A DNA stretch of 63,680 bases, counting the filler. It is 14 parts of 14 records of this genome, joined end to end, with 100 filler letters (N's around TTAATTAATTAA, not from the genome) between each part and the next. Parts side by side here need not be neighbours in the genome. Positions count along the whole stretch, not along the records: positions 31,345 to 36,177 come from SRR7504441_57604; positions 36,278 to 42,016 come from SRR7504441_57630; positions 42,117 to 45,345 come from SRR7504441_57640; positions 45,446 to 49,620 come from SRR7504441_57649; 10 more parts are not named here. One strand, 5' to 3'. This document shows, in pieces, positions 33,972 through 45,537 of this stretch. The position numbers were made by a program, and so were the translations under genes. The notes under the pieces are model-generated. The model made no database searches. It was not told the DNA's origin and saw only the letters and a list, made by a program, of their open reading frames with translations. Positions within the stretch are counted from its first letter, which is position 1; each line of letters opens with the position of its first letter.

Positions 33972-34182
33972 GAAGTCTGGGAAGCTTGTGGACGATGCGA
34001 AGGAGATTCAACTGATGCTGGTGATGCTCGCGATGGTGATCATGCTCAACTCTAGGCTGCTCCTTATTAACTCTGACCGGCAAGCCGCTCAACCAAGTAC
34101 CTGCAGCTGCTCGAGCGCTCGAGCTCCTCTCCGAGACCGAACGCGACGAGTTTTGAGCCCCAAGCGACCGTCTCGCTCTTTC
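33972..34182 (+). repeat. Diverged direct repeat, copy A
   Basis: Shares GAAGTCTGGGAAG, a 28-nt identical block (34013-34040) and a 56-nt block with 2 mismatches (34127-34182) with copy B. Confidence 0.9.
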
Positions 34183-34376
34183 AGCCCCGTAGCCGACCAT
34201 CCCTCCACGCCTTGCAATCATGCTGGCAGTTGTCTCGTTGTTTGTCGGTATAGTGTAGCGACGTAGCTACTCAGCAACTCATGATCAGTGCGATCAGTGT
34301 CGCAAAGCATGCAGCGAGGTGTTCAAGTACCGTTGCCCGGTCTTTGGGTTTGCACTGGCGGAGTCAACACAGTGGC

Positions 34377-35505
34377 ATGGGCAGTCCGGGCTTCCTCGCC
34401 TCGATCATCGCGGGGGCGCGGGGCAAGCGGCGCAAGCCCCCGCCCCCGCCGGCCCTCCCGGCCCGGCAGCCGCGCGCCCGGCCCCGTATCCGGCTGCTCG
34501 GGCTCCCAAGCGAGCTGCTGCTCCGGGCCCTCGCCGACTCGCTCGGGCCTCACTCGGACCAGCCGCAGGCCATGAAGCAGCGCCAGCGGCTCACCCTCAC
34601 CCTCCGAGCCGGCTGTCGCGCCCTACTCCGGGCCACCCAGAGTCCCGCTCTCCGGCCGCGCGGATGGTCGTTGGCCGGGGCGTCAGGCCCGGACAAGGCG
34701 CTGGACTGGATTTCCCGGCAGTGGCCGCTCGAGCGGCTGCACATGCCGCAGCCCAGACTGGCCGGGAGCAGCCTGGTGGCGATCGCCGGGCACCAGAGGC
34801 TAAGCCACCTCGATCTGAGCGGCTGCATCGCGCTGACAGACGGGATGGTGCGCCCGGCACGGGACCGTGCGGACCTAGGCGGCCAGGTGGGGCTGATCGC
34901 GCGCGGGTGCCACCAGCTCACTCGGCTGGGGCTACGCCGGTGTTTTGCGCTGACGGACAACGGATTCATCCACATAGCGGACAACTGCGCTCGCCTTACT
35001 GAGCTTGACGTCAGCTTCACTAACATAGGCAGCTCGCTGGCGCAGGTGGCTCGGCGCGCCTGCTGCGGACCAACCCGAGCTGCAGGTGGCGGCGGGCTGC
35101 CCGGAGCTGACCAGCGTCAAGCTGAGCCATTGCCACAACCTGACAGACTCCGCGGTCCAACAGCTGGTCGGCTGCAGCAGGCTCGAAGCGATCGATCTGC
35201 ACAGATGCGTCTGCCTGACCGACCAAGCGCTGGCCAGCCCCGGGCCCAACCTGCGCCGGGTGGGACTCCGGCTCTGCCTGTCTCTAACTGACGCGGCTCT
35301 GGCTGGGTTCCGGCCTGGGCAGCTGGAGAGATTGGACTTGGCCAACACTAAACTGACAGACCAAGGGGTAGAGCCACTGGCTGCCCAGCCCGGCCTGCGC
35401 GAGCTGGACCTCACCGGGACCGAAGTGACTGAGCACGGGCTTAGGCTGCTTAGGCGATTGCCTGCATTGCTGAAGCTGCGGGTGAGTGGCGATATAATGA
35501 ATTAA
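34377..35505 (+). CDS. F-box/LRR (FBXL-like, Cys-containing LRR) protein, 2 introns
   Basis: LLGLPSELLL F-box-like start; repeated L..LDLS.C..LTD motifs. Confidence 0.8.
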
Positions 35506-35695
35506 ACTTGTTATGATTAAAGCAGCTGGCGCTCGAATCGATTGCGTCACAACGCTACTTGAGCGGGATACCGGACAAAGTGACCAACTAGGCCGGGATC
35601 CACATCATCCAATTAGTCTGACCTGCACGTGCACCGTCCGTATAGGCTGTCAACGGTAAACGGCACGAAGGCGGCACGATGCAGGGTCCTCCGGT

Positions 35696-35920
35696 GAAGT
35701 CTGGGAAGGGGAAGGCCGGGAAGCGGACGATGCGGAAGGAGATCCCGGGGCCGGGTCTGATGATTCAAGTGATGCTGGTGATGCTCGCGATGGTGATGCT
35801 CGGCTTCGGGCTGCTCCACACCATCTTCAACTACCTCCCGATCGACAAGCTGCTCAACCTGCTTCTCTCCGAGACCGAACGCGATGAGTTTTGAGCCCCA
35901 AGCGACCGGCTCGCTCTTTC
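35696..35920 (+). repeat. Diverged direct repeat, copy B (contains a 71-aa TM ORF at 35679-35894)
   Basis: Matching blocks at 35770-35797 and 35865-35920. Confidence 0.9.
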
Positions 35921-36277
35921 GGACTTGCGACATCGGGGGCGGCACCCCCTTTCAAGAGCGGTCACAACCAGGCCGGGAGCAACGATCCCCGGCGCTCTTG
36001 AGGAGCCGGCGACCAGGGAGGACCGCTCTCGGCAACCTAGCGCCCGCCTCAAGGTGCGCAGGCCGGCTGCCGGCGGAGTGCCTAGATGGGCCATTGTGTG
36101 ATGAGATCGATCAAATAATACTTAGACATGCATCTGAAGCAACCTGCGATGTTGATATCCGTGGTCGAGTCTGATTANNNNNNNNNNNNNNNNNNNNNNN
36201 NNNNNNNNNNNNNNNNNNNNNTTAATTAATTAANNNNNNNNNNNNNNNNNNNNNNNNNNNNNNNNNNNNNNNNNNNN

Positions 36278-37354
36278 CACCAGCATCTCCGTCGGCGACC
36301 AGTCGAGCGTCGCCCCGCCAGGCAGCAGGTTCCCGGTCAGCATGTCCACCGTGCTCGGCGACAGCATCCTCTCCCCCCGGGCTGTTTCGCCACGCCGGGC
36401 GAGCATCGTGCCCAGCAGCAGCAGGTCCGAGGCCCTACCAACCATCTGCAGATCCGCAAACACCGCCGCGTCCAGCTGCCCGAACGCGGCGCACGAGTGG
36501 ATGTGCTGAGGCCCAAACTCGGCAGGTGCCATGTCGCGCGTCTCAGCACGGCACAGGTGGAGAGGGAGCAGCGTGGAGGCATCACAGTTCCAGCCGCACT
36601 CGGCCGAGCAGCCAAGCGGGTCCAAGACCTGGTCCCGCACAAACTCCTTCAACGAGCGCCCCGTCACCACCTCGATGACCCGCCCGACGACGATATGGCC
36701 CATAGCATAGTCAAAGCGCGTGCCGGGCTCAAATTTGAGTGGCACTGAGCCCAGGATTTCGGCGTGTTTCTCCAGACTCCCGATATTGCGGACCCAAGTA
36801 TCGATCTGGTCCGAGGTCACGAGCGAGAGGAAGCCCACGCCCTTCTCAATCAGGTCCGAGTCGGTCGGACTCAGAGGAAGCCAGTGCGCTAGCCCGCCGT
36901 AGGTGAGTCCAGAAACGTGCGTGAGGCAGTCCCGGATCGTGACACGCCGTGCTGCGGGCTCAAGCGTCGCGCTCTCCCCCTCGCCTCGCGTGACGCGCGG
37001 CTGGGCCCAGCCACCGCCCAGGTAGTCAGCAACCTCGTCGTCGAGATCCACGGCGTATTTCTCGAAGAGCACAGCGGCGGCCACGCTCGTGAACAGCTTG
37101 GTGGAGGAAAAGAACCTGTATACTGCTGTTGCGTCGTCCGAGACTTTGGGGCCGCAGGCTGGACCGACGGAGGAGTCATACGCTAGCTGGCCGTGCCGGG
37201 AGACGAGCAGGCGCGCAAAAGGCAAACGGCCCTCGTCAACCATTGACTGCATGCAAGCTGTCGCCCGTCGGAGCCGCAGCTCGTCGAGGCCCAGAGACGA
37301 TGGCGCTGCTGTTCGCAGAGTGGAGAGCGACCTCAATTGCCGCATTGGCGTCAT
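36278..37354 (-). CDS. Beta-lactamase-family serine hydrolase, 3'-truncated by the contig end
   Basis: FSSTK (SxxK), LTHVSGL, PLKFEPGTRFDY. Confidence 0.85.
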
Positions 37355-37411
37355 CCAGCGCATTCTATGCCAGCGTTCCGAACCGTGCCGTTATTTTTCA
37401 CGGCGATAAGA

Positions 37412-40097
37412 ATGCACAGCCGACGGCTCAAGCGGGTGCTCCGAGCGGCTCAAGCGGGGCGGGGTTCTCTACGGCGGTCGGCGAGCACCGGGGCGGAGGA
37501 GCAGGCGGATGTGTTGGTGGTGGGCGGCGGGGTGGTCGGGACCTCTGTGGCCTACCACCTGGCCAAGATGTCCGGCGGCCGGCGCGAGGTCACGCTGCTC
37601 GAGAGAGATCAGCTCACCTCCGGCACCACCTGGCACGCGGCCGGGCTGATGGTCACGTTCGGCTCGCTCTCCGAGACGTCGACCGAGTTCCGCAAGTACG
37701 CCAAGCAGCTGTACGCCGGGGAGCTCGAACGGGAGACCGGACTGAGCACCGGGTTCAAGGGCTGCGGGTTTATCGAGCTGGCCACCTGCCCAGACCGGCT
37801 GGAGGAATACCGGCGGGTGGCCGCGTTCAACCGCTACTGCGGAGTCGACGTGCGCGAGATCTCGCCGGGCGAGGTGGCGGAGCGATTCCCGCTCTGCAGA
37901 GTGGATGACGTGCTGGCCGGGTTCTTGGTGGAGGACGACGGGCGGGTCAACCCGGTGGACGCCACCATGGCGCTGGCCAAGGGCGCCCGCATGCACGGGG
38001 CTACTGTTAGAGAGGCGGCCCCTGTGGCGCGGCTGCTCACGGAGCCTGTGGGCGGGCGGGCCGGCCGGCGGAGGGCGGCGGGGGTGGAGCTGGACGATGG
38101 CACGGTGATCCGAGCCCAGACGGTGATCAACTGCAGCGGGATGTGGGCCCGGCAGATGAGCGAGCAGTGCGGCGTGGTCTGCCCCAACCAGGCAGCCGAG
38201 CATTATTACCTAGTGACGGACGCGATGGAGGACGTCCACAAGGACTGGCCGGTAGTGGAAGACCCGAGCTCGTACACGTACATCCGACCGGAGGGCGCGG
38301 GACTGATGGTCGGGCTGTTCGAGCCGGTGGCGGCAAGTTGGGCGGTGGACGGGGTGCCCAAGGAGTTTAGTTTCGGTGAGATATCTCCGGACTGGGAACG
38401 GATGGCGCCCTTCCTAGAGAAAGCGATGGGCCGGGTGCCCCGCACGCTGGAGGTGGGGGCCAAGACATTCTTCTGCGGGCCGGAGAGCTTCACCCCGGAC
38501 CTGGGTCCGATCGTGGGCGAGAGTCCTGAGGTGGATGGTTTGTTCATCGCTGCGGGGATGAATTCAATCGGGATCTTGACTGGTCCTGGCGTGGGCCGAC
38601 TAGTGGCCCAGTGGGTGCTAGATGGGTACCCTGAGATGGACGTTACCGGGATCCACCCCGACAGGTTCCAGCAGTACCAGACTACCCCGACCTACCGCTC
38701 TCTAAGGGTGGTGGAAAGCCTCGGAAAGGTCTGCCGCTTCTGGTGCAGGGCTCACCGGTGCGGTAACAGGTGTACAAGTGCCACTATCCAAATGAGCAAG
38801 TGCTCACCTGCCGGGGGGCGAAGCACTCGCCGCTGTACGCTCAGTTGGCCCAGGCCGGCGCCTTCTTCAGGGACGTGTCTGGGTTTGAATCTGCCGATTG
38901 GTTCGCTGCTGGGTCACAGCCACCGAGCCCTGAAGAGGTCAAGCTCACGTGGGGCCGTCCGGAGTGGTTTGACTTCTGGGCGGCCGAGCACCAAGCCTGC
39001 CGGGAGAGGGCGGTGCTGATGGACATGAGCTTCATGTCCAAATTCAGAGTGCAGGCAGCTGATGGCTCGGCGCGGCTTGAGCCGGTGGCAGGGGGCAGAG
39101 GCCGGGGAATTGCTCGAGCGCCTATCAACTGCGCACGTGGACGGCGATTCGGAGCGGATCACTTACACGCAGTGGCTCAATCCCCAGGCAGCGGTCGAGG
39201 CGGCCTAGCCTGATTCCGGGGCAGGGCACTCTGGAGGCTGATTTGACCGTCACCAAGCTCGCTCACGACGACTTCATGGTGGTCGCTTCGGACACAGCGC
39301 ACCGGCACGTTGAGGCCATTCTGCAACGGAACGCGCCGGCCGGCGTGGCCATCGCTGATGTGACGGGCGCAATGGCCCAGATTAACTTGCAGGGCCCAAA
39401 CTCGCGCGCAATCCTACAGAGCCTCACCTCTCGAGACCTTTCAGATAGCGCCTTCCCGTTCCGGAGTGCCTGCCGGCTCTCGATGGGATTCGCAGAGCCG
39501 CTGTGTACTCGGATCACTTATGTGGGCGAGCTTGGGTTTGAGCTTTATGTGCCGGTCGAGCAATCCGTCCACGTGTATCAGTTGCTGCTCGAGGCTGGGG
39601 CTGAGCACGGTCTGCAGCACGCTGGTCTCAAGGCGCTGGCCAGCCTGCGGATGGAGAAGAGCTACCGTGACTATGGGCATGATGTAGATAATACTGACCC
39701 AATCCTAGAGACTGGGCTGGGGTTCACGTGCAGGCCGGAGGGTGGCTATATCGGCGCAGAGGCGGTGCAGCGGTACCGTGAGGCCAATCAAGACAGTGGT
39801 AAATTACGGTTGGCTAAGCGGGTGGTCGGAGTCCTGGTGAAGGAGAGCGAGCCGCTGCTGTACCATGGTGAGGTGCTTTGGCGGGACGGCAAGCGGGTGG
39901 GCGATGTGCGAGCGGCTTCGTACGGGCACACCCTGGGCGGAGCAGTTGGGCTGGCCCTGGTGCATGGCGAGCCGTATGTCACGCCCAAGTACTTGCGCGA
40001 GGGCGACTGGCAAGTCGAGGTGGCCGGACAGCGGCACCCAGTTGCGCTTTCGCTCAAGCCGCTGTACGATCCAACCAATCTCAAGATCAAAAGCTAG
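37412..40097 (+). CDS. Mitochondrial dimethylglycine/sarcosine dehydrogenase family (FAD oxidoreductase + GcvT), 3 introns
   Basis: VVGGGVVGTS, LTSGTTWHAAG, CGPESFTPD, RITYVGELGFELY, SLRMEK; introns 38729-38769, 39055-39091 (GC), 39188-39224 (GC). Confidence 0.9.
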
Positions 40098-40233
40098 GCC
40101 TCAAGCTAAGCCTCAAGAGGTGATTAGTAGTGATTAGTCATTGAAGAATTTCAAACCAAAAATCTCTTGATACATGATTGTATACGTACTGCTCAATTAA
40201 TATTTATGTACATGTACAGGACTTCGTGCTAAC

Positions 40234-41269
40234 TCAAAACTCGAAGAAGGCCCGTGCAACTTTTGCCTGAGCATGTGAACCGTTCGCATTAGAGATGCGG
40301 TACAACATATACACTATGAAGCAAGTCAGATATGCAACGCGAGTGAAGTAATCCACATACCTTGCCCATTGCCGCCCAAGATTGTCTTCACGCAGTGCAC
40401 TCATGGGTACTCTGTCGTTCGAGCGATCGCTTACATGATGATAACCATCTGATATTTGCTTGCTGACGGCTATGTCGTTGTTGGGCAGATCTTCAGGCTT
40501 ATCATCCAGGTCGACCACTGCGTCACTAGCTTCGCTAGAACTCTGTTCACTCGAAGCATCGTCATCTGTTCTCGAAGCATCGCTTGACTTGCCTGTTCCA
40601 CTTATGTCGCCTCTGTCATGATCATGAACACCGTTGCCATTGCCATAAACAGTGGGATTCTGAAAAACCTGCATGTCAATGCCAACGCTTGAGATGCCAG
40701 CCTCAGGTTTGTGATGATCCGGTGCTGCGCGCACGTCTGCCTCTTTAGGCTCAGTGGCATCCTTCGGGCACCAGCTTGGTACCCAAACTGGGCGATGCTT
40801 TAGTAATGACTGGGTCAACCACACGACGACAATCCACTCAGCCCCCCTGATACGTCACTATAACCCGAGCAAACTCGAGTTGACTGTTTGGCTTCTCTGC
40901 TATGTTGTATAGCATGATGTCCGGGACCCACACGGCCCCTGTGCCTGTCGAGGGCAGCTGTAGTTCGACAATCCCTTCCCAATCCGCGGGGTTCCACCTC
41001 AGACGGTAATCATTCCAGTAGTGCCGCAGCCATATAACGGCGGCCAGTTTGCCCCGCACTTCGTCCACGGTAGTCAGCGTCCGGAGCGCCATCCCCATGT
41101 CGCACTGCACGGTGCTGTTGGCGCTAGCCAGTGGTATCTGGATGGCCGAGTAGTTGGCAAACAGATCCTGGATGAGCCGCTCGTGAACCCCAAGCTCGAC
41201 CGCCGGTGCCAGCCTCACCCAAAGCAGGGCGAGCACCAGTCCCTCACGCCTAGGCCTGACTGGGGGCAT
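40234..41269 (-). pseudogene. Cys-loop (nAChR-like) ligand-gated ion channel lacking the Cys-loop and M1-M3 (pseudogene or misassembly)
   Basis: Signal peptide, ERLIQDLF..Y, WNDYRLRWNP, VWVPDIMLYN, then a stop/frameshift at about 40840 directly into a post-M3 loop and M4 (ARYVDYFTRVAY). Confidence 0.6.
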
Positions 41270-41547
41270 CGCGTGAAGGGCCCCCAAAGATCTAGCTACG
41301 TACCTGGTAGCTACAGGCTGTATGTAGACTGAGCTGTAGACTGATCAGTCTACAACGTCTACAGGTTTACAGTCAATCGTAATAACAATTCAGGGTATGC
41401 AAGGGGACCGGCACGAATGCATATGGAGACCCCTTGTTTAACCATATTGCAAGTGGTGCTCCAAGTAAAGCTTTTATTGCAACACACTTGAGGACTCAAG
41501 AACTATGTAAAATACAAACTCTCTATCTATTATCTTTGAGCATATGC

Positions 41548-42016
41548 CTAGACAGCGATATCGCCATCGTATACCATCCCAGCCAAGAATAGCTCAAACT
41601 CGGCCTCACCCTGCCCCACATTCAACCCACCACCGGCAGGTTTTGGCTGCCGCACCTTCTTGCGCCATATCTTGTTCATGAATCCGCTCCACTCCTTCCG
41701 GCTCACCCGGCCGCTAGCATCAGCGTCGAGATCGTCCCATTCAGGCTCGAGCACGTCGAACAAGCTGCTGTACCTAACCTCGTTCCGCTCGATCGAGCCA
41801 CTCGCATCAGAATCGAGCGCCTCCCAGATCTTGTTCAGGAGCACATCTGTCCCGAGTGACCGAATCTGCTCAATAGCCTTAGCACGGCTCTGGTCTGGCT
41901 TGGCTGGCTTGGTCTCGGGCTCGGCTGGCTTGGGCTGTTTCGTCTCGAGCTCAGCCTGCTTTGCACCCTGCTCGGCTTCGGGCCGCGGCGCTGTGTTGAA
42001 GTCGACCGCTGTGAGC
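41548..42016 (-). CDS. EF-hand protein, 3' fragment
   Basis: DSDASGSIERNE and DADASGRVSRKE loops. Confidence 0.75.
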
Positions 42017-42212
42017 NNNNNNNNNNNNNNNNNNNNNNNNNNNNNNNNNNNNNNNNNNNNTTAATTAATTAANNNNNNNNNNNNNNNNNNNNNNNNNNNN
42101 NNNNNNNNNNNNNNNNGTAAGCCCTCATAGGGTGCAATACAGATCCAGAATCGATCGAATACTCGTTCAAATGAATCATGCAGGCCTCCTGAAAGCTTTC
42201 GAAACAAAACGC

Positions 42213-42894
42213 TCATTTCTTTTTCTTCTTCGTCGGAGCCTTAATCTTGGCCGGCTTCTTTGCGCTTGCTTTCAGCTCTTTGCTTTCGGGATCTCTGGAA
42301 ACGCATCGGACGTAGCCGGCCTTCTGCTTGCTCTTGATTGTCTTCTGGGCAAACTTCTCGGCCGCCGCTTGGTCTGCGTGCACCTTCCGCGACATACCGG
42401 GCGGCTGATCGTCCCCGATCTGGCCCCAGCGCACCAGCGTGACCGCCCCAGCCACAGTCATGCTCCACCACTTGCTGTGCCCGTCCTCCGTGTTCTCAAA
42501 TCGCTCCTCCAGCGCCGCCTCCACTGCAGCCACGTTCTGATTCACGCTGTCCAGCAGCTTGGCCAGCGTCTGCTGATCGGCTGGCTCTAGCTCGCTGAAC
42601 CCAACCAGCTCGCTGCTGCTCTCCGGGCGGGCCTTGCCCATCCGGCCCTTCCGGATGTACTGCAGGAACCCGTCGATGCTGTACCACTGCTCGATCGTGG
42701 CCCCGGGCTTGTCGCTGTAAGGGCTGGCGATCGTCTTCCCGATCCGGAGACCGCCCTTGGGGATCGGCTGCTGGCTCGAGCGGCACTTGGACCGGCCTAA
42801 ACAACTCAGAGCATTCGGCCGGCGGCTCACCCGACTTGGCATACTCTGCCTTCCAGCCCAGCGCGTCCGCGTCCTCGTCATCGGCTCCAGGCAT
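42213..42894 (-). CDS. Stand-alone zf-PARP-like + WGR domain protein, 1 intron (42797-42830)
   Basis: AEYAKS|GRSKC...IPKGGLRIG...WY; HSKWWS...VRWGQIG...KSKQKAGY. Confidence 0.8.
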
Positions 42895-43092
42895 TGAGCA
42901 GTTGCGAGATCGAAAACGTTCTACAGCAACGTGTCAGTAAGCAGTACAGCTATACAGCACTGAACTGAGCTTGTCTACAGCTGTAGTGTTAGACTATGGC
43001 TACGCTGCACGGCTACACGAGCTGCACATGCACATTATAGGGCTCAGGAATTGTTTCAAAAAGACTTTATCGTTTCGTGTGTTTGTTGGCTT

Positions 43093-44356
43093 TTATACGC
43101 GCATCATCAAATTGTCGCCATCCCATCCCAAACCTCCAATGAGACCGAACCCAGATCTACCATTTACACCTCCCAGCATCCTTAACCCAACCAGCTCGGG
43201 TCCAGTCTGTGCCTCGTCCAATTTGTGCCTGTACTCTGCCCAAGCACACAAATATGACCGCTCAGCTGCGTCTACACAATCCACAGCTCTCTTCCTGACC
43301 GCATCACGCTGCTCTGAGACCAGGTCCGCGATGAGTTGTAACACATTCATCCCGGCCTCGCGCGACCAGTTGTGTAGAGGATGCCCCTTGTCACTCCGCA
43401 GGCCAGTAAGAAGAGTGAGCATCCTCCGGTCCTCCCTGTCAGCATCAAAGTATCGCAGGATCGCTTGCTCGTCAGACATATCAAACCAGAGCGGAGGCTC
43501 CGGATCGCGCGGGTGAGTCAAATAGTCGAAGTTGATCCATCCGCTCACCGATTCAGTGCTGTATCTCTCGAAGGCGTCGTCGAGCTCCTCTCTCATATCC
43601 CAAGGCCCCCTAACAGACGACGAATCCCAATCCTGCTCAATCCTTGTCCGCAACTCATCGGCGCTCAGAGATTTGACTTCTCTAAAAGTGAGTCCGCAGT
43701 ACTCGATGGCGAGCCGCTTAAGCTCAGTCAGTCGTTCTAGCTCAGTCGGCAGCTTTTCCAGTGTATCGAGCTCGTCGAGCGGACTGCTCGGCTTGGGACA
43801 GAACTGGTCGTTGTACTCCCGATACAATCGAATATAAGCTGCCTGAGCGGCCTCCCTGCTGAGGCCTTTCAGATCGGCGTAAGCAGTGTATCGTTCAAAC
43901 GAAGGCTCATCAAATGCTTCCTTGCTGGGCTCGATCGAGATGTCGCCGTGGTTTCGCTGCAGTTGGTACGCCTCCATCCGAATCTGGACCGCCGGATCGA
44001 CGTCTGACCATTTCGCCGCGCCCTTGACGGCCTCCCAATATGTCGGCAACCTGCATGGGCATACTCAGTCGATTCTCTGGGGATATCGGAGGGCGGAGCA
44101 GGTGCCGGCCAACCACCGTGGTGGAGCTAGGGCGGGGCGGATACCGTTCTAAGTCGCCTGGAACGAGCTCACACCCGGTCTCTGCGAGTGCCGAGCTGTT
44201 GTATCCGCGTAGAAGGCCAACGAACTTGCTTCGGTACGCTGCGGCGGTGCGCTGCGGCGGTGGGATCGGGGGTGCGTACGACTCCCATTCCCCTCCAGGA
44301 GCGTATTTTTTGTACTGGTCCCAGCCCTCTGCGGGTGTGGAGTCGGAGTTGCCCAT
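43093..44356 (-). CDS. Myristoylation-motif protein with acyl-CoA-binding (ACBP)-like domain
   Basis: MGNSDS start; YQLQRNHGDI...Y.AY.DLKGLSREAAQAAYI. Confidence 0.55.
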
Positions 44357-44478
44357 GAGACAGGCCGGCCCCTCTACAGTACTGATACAACAGTCAGCTG
44401 ACAGTGCTGAGCAGCCGGGGGATGCTCCAGCTGGAAGTCGTCCGTTATAAATAACGGCGCTTGCTTTGCAGAAGGGCG

Positions 44479-45158
44479 ATGGGCTGCGGAAACAGCAACG
44501 AGAAGCAACCACCGGCCAAGGAAGCGCCGGCCAAGGCTCCCGCGAAGCAGGAGCCTGTGTCGCCTGAGAAGGTGCATCGCGCCGGCTCGGCCGGGCTGCA
44601 GCGGGCGCAGTTGGACGGGCTGGCGATCGCCTCCGAGGTCGCGGCGCAGAAGGCGCACAAGGAGGAGTACCCCCGGGGTCCGGGGCCCGGACCGAGCCGG
44701 GTGGCAGGGAAGAGGCGGCGGAGGCCACAGCGGCCCGGCTGAAGGAAGAGAAGGACGTGAGGGAGGCAAAGGAGAAGCTGAAGAAGGTGACCAGGCTGAA
44801 CACTCGGCCACCTGAATCGGGCCCACAGGAGCAAGCGGAGGCGGTGGAAGCGGAGAAGGCGGCCAATGCGAAGGAGAAGGAAATGATGCGGACGTCCGTT
44901 GCCGACGACGAGGAGTACGAGCAGTCGGAGGCAGAGCTGCAGGCAGCTCACCAAAAGGCCGAGAAGGAGGCCGCCGAGGCCGCCGAGGCGAAGGCAAAGC
45001 TCGAGAAGGAGGTCAAGGAGGCGGAGGAGGCGCGGGCTCGGGAGCAGAAAGAGGTGGAGGAGGCCGAAGCAGCTAAGGCTAAGGCAGAGAAAGCAGAGAA
45101 AGTGTTGGAGGAAGCTGAGGCGAGGGCGGCGCAAGAGGAGACGCACCCGCACCCTTAG
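44479..45158 (+). CDS. N-acylated (MGCGNS) E/K/A-rich coiled-coil protein, multi-exon
   Basis: MGCGNS start; low-complexity EK-rich exons joined by short introns. Confidence 0.6.
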
Positions 45159-45537
45159 CCGGTAGGCGACTTTTGGCCTCATTCGACTGCTTTTGGTGCC
45201 GCGTCCGGGGATGAATCGGAGATTGTTAACGCATGTGAAAGTTGATCATGAGTTGGTTTTTATTACACGCACATTTACGCGTACTAGGCCTAATTCATCA
45301 ATTGAAATTGCTCATGAGTGCAAGCTTGCCACCGCAGCCAGCGCGNNNNNNNNNNNNNNNNNNNNNNNNNNNNNNNNNNNNNNNNNNNNTTAATTAATTA
45401 ANNNNNNNNNNNNNNNNNNNNNNNNNNNNNNNNNNNNNNNNNNNNTGTGGCATAGAGCAGTAATTAACATTATTAACTACACAGCATTGGGGCTCTCAAT
45501 CACTCTAAAATCATTTGGTCGGTTTTGTTAATTAATC

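Noticed and set aside
36278-37354. Beta-lactamase-family genes as antibiotic-resistance determinants
   Set aside because: They are generic SxxK serine hydrolases that are widespread in eukaryotes, with no mobile context.
6181-39224. Apparent frameshifts and in-frame stops as pseudogenes or an alternative genetic code
   Set aside because: In the genes examined they are resolved by short GT/GC-AG introns, and TAA, TAG and TGA all serve as normal stops.
40838-40840. TGA in the Cys-loop gene as selenocysteine or readthrough
   Set aside because: The downstream homology is in a different frame and a large part of the protein is missing, so readthrough would not restore it.
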